From NCBI GenBank assembly GCA_951406725.2, contig OX597821.1, positions 109,616,001 through 109,680,000 of the forward strand: a stretch of DNA of 64,000 bases, given 5' to 3'. Shown piece by piece: positions 56,530-64,000 of the stretch (position 1 is its first letter; each line of letters opens with the position of its first letter). The notes below the pieces were generated by a model. It was given only the letters and a program-made list of their open reading frames with translations. It made no database searches and was not told the DNA's origin. A program made the translations under genes and the position numbers. The DNA is from Octopus vulgaris. Taxonomy: Eukaryota.

Positions 56530-57215
56530 ATAGAAAAAAATGAGACAAGAACGCAAAACATCCAGACATGAAGCAAAAAAAGGGACAACAAAAACCAAGG
56601 ATGGGTCATACGAAGCCTTCAATCTTCAGTCAAGAACCGGATCATCCTCGCAGTTTCGGCTGGTTAATCTTGAGATTGCTCCAATCTGTCCAGCCCCAAG
56701 GAAAAACTAAGCTAAGAGCTATAGATTCCTTAGAAGAACGCAGCGAATATATACGGAAACACGTAGAAATGGTACACAAATAGAAACGCAAATAACAGCT
56801 GTTCGGCCAAGCGTGACCTTACTTTCTTGGTTCGACTACCATCAGTGCTACATCTATATTCCTCCCCATGCTTGACATCTCTTATATCCCTGCTGTAAGG
56901 CTTCACTTCCACAAACCCCAGCTTAATTTAATTCGTCCTTAGTCGTGAAACACCTATTGTTAATGTCCTGTTATTTACATTTGTATTTGTGTTCCAGTTC
57001 TCCGTTTTTTTTTTTCGTCCTTGTTTTCATATACATTCGGTGCTTTCTTCCAAGGAATCTAGTGCTCTTAACTTAGTTTTTCCTTGGAGCTGGCCAGATT
57101 GGAGCAATCTTGAGTATAAACAGCCGAAATTGCAAAGTTGATCTGGAACTCGACTGTGGAAAGAAAACTCCGAATGACACGTTCTTGTTTTTTCTTGTCC
57201 CTATTTTGTATTCCT
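56530..57215. mobile_element. Family F repeat as an inverted pair (56530-56790 and 57000-57215)
   Basis: The two segments are diverged reverse complements; flanked by (TA)n. Confidence 0.7.
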
Positions 57216-57998
57216 TCATATATATATATATATATATATATGGAGAATTCACACAAAAAAAGAGGAAGACAGGTGGTATTGACAACAAACAGAGGTATTA
57301 GTTTAACGCTCGGGAAGTGAACAAGTCATTAACACAGAAATAAACAAGGAGAAAAAATAAAGAATGTGTAGTGACTAGCGATCCGTCATGGCGAATATAT
57401 ATATATATATATATATATATAGTGTCTTCTACTCCTCTTCATCTTCCTTCTTCTCCTTCTTCAACTCCTCCTTCTCCTCCTACTTTTTCTCTCTCCGCCT
57501 TTCCCTCCTTCTGCTTCCTCTTTATTTCACCATGCACCTGACATAATCTTTGCCATTCTTACTCATCCCATAGCCACACTTTTATTTAGTTTTTGTCTCC
57601 TTCCGATATAAGCCAAAAAATATTGTGCAAGACGTACGATGTAACCAGCACACCTTTGATGCAAGTCTCATGAAGTGCCTCTCCAATGTCTAAAACCACA
57701 AAACAATTACTCAAATCAAACACTGAAATACCTGCCAGGTGAAAGATTTTTTTTTGCATACACCATGGCGACAAAAGAACCCGGGGAAAACTTCCAGAGG
57801 ACTTTTGAAACGAACCAAGATCTGAACCATTTCTACAAAAAGGCTTGGAAAGACCCCTGGATGGGTTACATGAAGAGACTTAAAGAATATTGAGATGAGA
57901 ATAACCAAACATTCTCAAAATTTTCAGAGAAAAAATTACACCAGCAAGCTAAATTTTTCAAAAAGAAATACGCCACCATACATACATACATACATACA

Positions 57999-58029
<31 letters not shown>

Positions 58030-58632
58030 TCTATTCAGATTGAAAATTAACGAATATACTTGTAATTTTCAGGGTACTGGTATATGTAATACACTGCCTA
58101 ATTGCCAATCTTGAGAAATAAGGCTTTTAAAATCAGAAAGGAGAAAGCTGATTCAAAGACTACAGATCTAATCCATTACTGGAACTGTAAAAATCTGTAA
58201 AACTTTTCAGAAGTTTATCATTTAAGTATATATGAGTATGTCTAGATATGTAACTATACGCATGAGAATATATGCATAAAACAAAATATACGAATCTGCA
58301 CATATACATACATATATACATACATACATACATACATACAAACACATACATACATACATACATACATACATACATACATACATACATACATACATACATA
58401 CATACATACATACATACATACATACATACATACATACATACATACATACATACATACACGCATACATACATACACACATACATACATACATACATACATA
58501 CATACATACATACATACATACATAGCCTGTTGATATTAAAATCAACATTAGAAAGCGACTCTTTCTCTATTGGCATGAAATCTTGAAATAAAACTAAATA
58601 ACGACATACATAAGATTGTCTTCTTTCACACA

Positions 58633-58687
<55 letters not shown>

Positions 58688-58922
58688 GTGTCTATAAACG
58701 TGCGACAAGCCACTACAGTGCTTCCGTTTACTAAATTCATTTCCATGGGTCGTCTCCTATCGAAAATAAATGACACTTGCCTCAGTTATTGCGCAGGGTT
58801 ACGGAACTCAAAAACCTGTGGCTGCAAAGAGAACATCACCATCACACAACCATGCTAGCACCGATTTTTAAAAAAATATAGTAAATAAATAGAAAATAAA
58901 TAAATATAAGATTTGAGAATGG

Positions 58923-59345
58923 GGCGCAGGAGTGGCTGTGTGGTAAGTAGCTTGCTTACCAGCCACATGGTTCCGGGTTCAGTCCCACTGCGTGGCACCT
59001 TGGGCAGTGTCTTCTACTATAGCCTCGGGCCGACCAAAGCCTTGTGAGTGGATGTGGTAGACGGAAACTGAAAGAAGCCCGTCGTATATATGTATATATA
59101 TATGTGTGTGTGTGTGTTTGTGTGTCTGTGTTTGTCCCCCCCAACATCGCTTGACAACCGATTCTGGTGTGTTTACGTCACCGTCACCTAGCGGTTCGGC
59201 AAAAGGGACCGATAGAATAAGTACTGGACTTACAAAGAATAAGTCCTGGGGTCGATTCGCTCGACTAAAGCCGGTGCTCCAGCATGGCCGCAGTCAAATG
59301 ACTGAAACAAGTAAAAGAAAGAAAAGAAAGAAAAGAAAGAAAGAA
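58923..59345 (+). mobile_element. Full-length family A SINE
   Basis: Complete head to tail. Confidence 0.92.
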
Positions 59346-59842
59346 TGATAGCATTAATGCCTCGATCCTTTATCTGCTCAATCACGGCCGACCATGGGCT
59401 AAAATTCACGACCAACAACAACGAAACCAACGGCAACTACAACAACAACAAATTCTATTTTTAAAATGCGATTCACACATTTACAGTCACATCCTAGTCA
59501 TTTCTTACGCATGCGTAATCGTAAACATTCCGTATAGAAGAGAGCTTACGAGGCAGAACAGTGACTCAGCTCCAGTGTTGTCATCTTCTTCTCGAACCAA
59601 ACACCTGCAGAGGATTCTAAGAAAGGTTGTTACGGTGATGAGTATTACGGTATTTGGTGCGAACATTGATGGTCTGATGGTTTGTGACCTCTTCCGTATA
59701 AATACACACACACACACACACAATCACACATACCCACACACACACTCACTCACACAAACACTCACTCACACAAATACACACACAAATGTATATATGATTA
59801 TGTATGTGTATGCGCGTGTTTGTAATATAAATTTAAATAAAA

Positions 59843-59877
<35 letters not shown>

Positions 59878-60007
59878 AGAACATAGTAATAGGTAATTAA
59901 AAATGTTGGGTTCCCCAGCGTAGGCTGTTAGTAAGCTTCAAGCATTTAGGCGTCTGGTAAAGGTACTAAAAAGTAGATAATAAACGATTAAATATATTTA
60001 TTAATAT

Positions 60008-60046
<39 letters not shown>

Positions 60047-60191
60047 AACATATATATACGATGGGCTTCTTTCAGTTTCCGTTTACCAAATCCACTCACA
60101 AGGCTTTGGTCGGTCCGTGGCTATAGCAGAAGACACTTGTCCAAGGTGCTACGTACATAATTATTTAATAAACACAATATATTTTATTATA

Positions 60192-60590
60192 GGCGCTGGA
60201 GTGGCTGTGTGGTAAGTAGCTTGCTTACCAACCACATGGTCCCGGGTTCAGTCCCACGGCGTGGCACCTTGGGCAAGTGTCTTCTACTATAGTCTCGGGC
60301 CGACCAAAGCCTTGTGAGTGGATTTGGTAGACGGAATGTGAAAGAAGCCCGTCGTATATATGTATATATGTGTGTGTGTGTGTTCCTGTGTCTGTGTTTG
60401 TCCCTCCGATGCTGATACTGGTGTGTTTACATCCCCGTAACCTAGCGGTTCGGCAAAAGAGGCTGATAGAATAAGTACTAGGCTTACAAAGAATAAGTCC
60501 TGGGGGTCGATTTCCTCGACTAAAGGTGGTGCTCCAGCATGGCCGCAGTTAAATGACTGAAACAAGTAAAAGAGTAAAAGAGTAAAGAGT
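60192..60590 (+). mobile_element. Full-length family A SINE (inverted partial copy at 60057-60153)
   Basis: Complete head to tail. Confidence 0.92.
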
Positions 60591-60852
60591 ATGTGTTACT
60601 ACTAGTTTCACGTGCTGAGAGCATGCCAGACAGTATTTTTTCACACGTCTGGTGTCCTAGTACAATATCCATATATTGCATAGCAATAGCATAACAAGCT
60701 AAAACTGGGACGATAGGATGAGAGAGAAAGCGAGAAAAAGGCTAGAATCAAGTTGATATAAAAAGTGGAAGGAAAACACGCAAATCGAAAAAGAAAACAG
60801 ATAGAAACAAAGAGGAGGTACTAGAGTCATTTCCCCTTAGACTCTAAATATA

Positions 60853-61068
60853 ATCTTTTCTACTCTAGCCACAAGGCCCGAAATTTTGGGGGAGGGAGCC
60901 AGTCGATTAGATAGATCCCAATACGCAACTGGTACTTAATTTATCGACGCCGAAAGGATGAAAGGCAAAGTCGGCCTCGACGGAATTTGAACTCAGACCG
61001 TAAAGACAGACGATTTACCGCTAAGCATTTTGACCGGTGTGCTAACGTTTCTGCCAGCTCGCCGCCTT
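60853..61068 (-). mobile_element. Family B SINE (tail type 2) with TSD
   Basis: Flanks ccttagactstaaatataat at about 60835 and 61065. Confidence 0.9.
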
Positions 61069-61144
61069 AGACTGTAAATATAATGCAGGAAAGATAGTGG
61101 CTTAGAATCTGTGGTACAGTTGTTCAATCAGTTGTTCAATAGAA

Positions 61145-61375
61145 GGCGGCGAACTGGCAGAAACGTTAGCACGTCGGGCGAAATGCGTAACCGTATTTCG
61201 TATGCCGTTACGTTCTGAGTTCAAATTCCGCCGAGGTCGACTTTGCCTTTCATCCTTTCGGGGTCGATAAATTAAGTACCAGTTACGCACTGGGGTCGAT
61301 GTAATCGACTTAATCCGTTTGTCTGTCCTTGTTCGTCCCCTCTGTGTTTAGCCCCTTGCGGGTAGTAAAGAAATA
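61145..61375 (+). mobile_element. Family B SINE (tail type 1) with 19-bp TSD
   Basis: TSD ggtacagttgttcaatcag at 61113-61131 and 61376-61394. Confidence 0.93.
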
Positions 61376-62601
61376 GGTACAGTTGTTCAATCAGGAGAGG
61401 ATGGCAATTTCCAGTTCGGAAACAGGAAATCAGACATATGCTTACAACCGCTGAAAATTTCGGATCTAGAATTCGACAGTATGAGAGACATCTTAAATCT
61501 GAAAAGAATTTAAGTTCTTTCAGTTAGGCATAGTGTCAATTTTTTGGATCCTTTAACATATGGTGTGTATTTTCCGATTATGTTCCACATTATCGTATAT
61601 GGTATGGCGTTTGACTTCAAACCCCATACGTGACTAACCAACTTAGTAGTGTGTGTGTGTGTGCGTCCGTGTGTGTATGTGTGTGTGTTAAAGTAAAAAG
61701 GGATTACTAATCTAAGTGAAATACTTCATAAGCTCTTTGTAGATGAAGTTACACCAGGCTACCAAATATGCTCCTTGATAGGGGTAGGAACGCAAGTAAC
61801 CCAAGCACAAGATGTTACCAGTCAAATTTCGAAATCCGAGGTATGTTCACCAAGTGAAGTTTTATGTTGCTACAAAGTCATAAAGAAAAATAGACAAAAA
61901 TAATGCATTTTATATTTATGTTGAAGGCTTGCATAAATTTCCGATTGATCAGGGAGGAGATCTACTCTCATAGTTCAGTCTTATTAATTAATTGAATCCT
62001 ATATACGACACGGAGGGGAAATATTGGGACTATTCTTTGACATGCCCCGCCCCACAAAGCAGCAGAGCAACGTGAAACGAAATATTTTGCTCAAGAACAC
62101 AATACGCTGCCAACGCCGAAAATCGAACCCGTGAACTGGCGATCATGAGTACAACACGCTAACCTCGAGGCCATACGCCTTCACATACCTGATAGCCATT
62201 GTTCTTCTGTAAACGATTCAGATGAACATTGGCTGAAACCTATAGATATATCATGCTGTAAATTAATACAAATTTATTAATCAATCTACCGTCTAAAAAT
62301 GCGCAATAAATGCAAATCGGATTTTCTTGAATTGTAGGAGACTACAATTCTTAGCGGTCCGTCGTGGAAGTGATGTGGTCGCTGGTAAAATCTCAGCGCA
62401 AGACACAACTTAGTCTAACTCATCCCTCTTTTCCTGTCTGCAAAGATATTGTTTGTGGAGATAAGATATTTGCGTATGTCTATCCATACACTGTAAGTAG
62501 AAGGAGAGACAAACGTGTGTGTATGCGTGTGTGTGTGAAAGAGAATGTGTGTAATGATATTTTTGAATATAGCTGCTATATGTGTATACAAATACATATA
62601 T

Positions 62602-62657
<56 letters not shown>

Positions 62658-62720
62658 TCACGAACACACAAACATGCACACGTACGCATACATATCTAAG
62701 CCTAAACACAAACCCTTACA

Positions 62721-62755
<35 letters not shown>

Positions 62756-63054
62756 TTTTAATTACATGTACATAAATTGCTACATAGACGTACATTTATC
62801 TGGATCGGTAGAGCGTCAAAGAAAACCTTTTGTAGTCTCTTCGCTTTCCGAGTTCAATTCCCGCTTCGGTAATTTTGCCGTTCTTTCTTCCGAGGTCAAT
62901 AAAATAAACACAAAGAGATGTTTGTTTGTTTCTTTCTTTCTTTCTCCCTCTGCGATTTTCGCAAACTCACTCTCTTTGCTTCTAACTCCCTATCTCTCTT
63001 TCTCACGCAAGCACTCTCTTCCTTTCTCTCTCAGCCTCGCTTTCTTTTTCTCTT

Positions 63055-63092
<38 letters not shown>

Positions 63093-63135
63093 TTAAGCTT
63101 TCATTGTTGAGCGCTCTATATGTTTACGTATATAA

Positions 63136-63366
63136 GGCGGCGAGCTGGTAGAAACGTTAGCACGCCGGGCGAAATTCGTAGCCGTATTTCGTCTGTCGTT
63201 ACGTTCCGAGTTCAAATTCCGCCGAGGTCGACTTTGCCTTTCATCCTTTCGGGGTCGATAAATTAAGTACCAGTTACGCACTGGGGTCGATGTAGTCGAC
63301 TTAATCCCTTTGTCTGTCCTTGTTTGTCCCCTCTGTGTTTAGCCCCTTGTGGGTAGTAAAGAAATA
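63136..63366 (+). mobile_element. Family B SINE with 18-bp TSD
   Basis: TSD tatatgtttacgtatata at 63117-63134 and 63367-63384. Confidence 0.93.
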
Positions 63367-63478
63367 TATATGTTTACGTATATATGCAAATATGTATGAA
63401 AATATATATGAAATTATATTTATACGTATATGTGTATACACAAACACACACACATACACACACACACATACAAGTATA

Positions 63479-63945
<467 letters not shown>

Positions 63946-64000
63946 TCTTTATTCTTTTACTTGTTTCAGTCATTTGACAGCGGCCACGTTGGAGCACCAT

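Overview
Eukaryotic, AT-rich, extremely microsatellite-dense intergenic or intronic DNA. The SINE families and repeat landscape look like an octopus (coleoid cephalopod) genome; this is inferred from remembered repeat families and was not checked. No intact host gene is evident, and almost all listed ORFs are translated (TA)n/(CA)n/(TACA)n/(TAT)n repeats. The window holds dozens of tRNA-derived SINE copies of four families (called A-D here), fragments of CR1/L2-group, RTE and R4/Dong LINEs, two decayed full-length Tc1/mariner elements (DD37D and DD36E), a hAT-type MITE, a Helentron-like non-autonomous element and a 76-nt 18S rRNA fragment captured inside a transposase. The most interesting signal is about ten minimal type-I hammerhead-ribozyme motifs (CUGANGA/stem II/GAAA/palindromic stem III/NUH) in at least five unrelated short non-coding repeat families. 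These sit in or beside (TA)n/(TAA)n tracts and often form fold-back inverted repeats, consistent with a diverse population of Penelope-like or retrozyme-like non-autonomous elements. Also visible: a SINE-LINE partner pair sharing a covarying 3' stem-loop, head/tail module shuffling among SINEs, and SINE self-insertion arrays with a recurrent junction.
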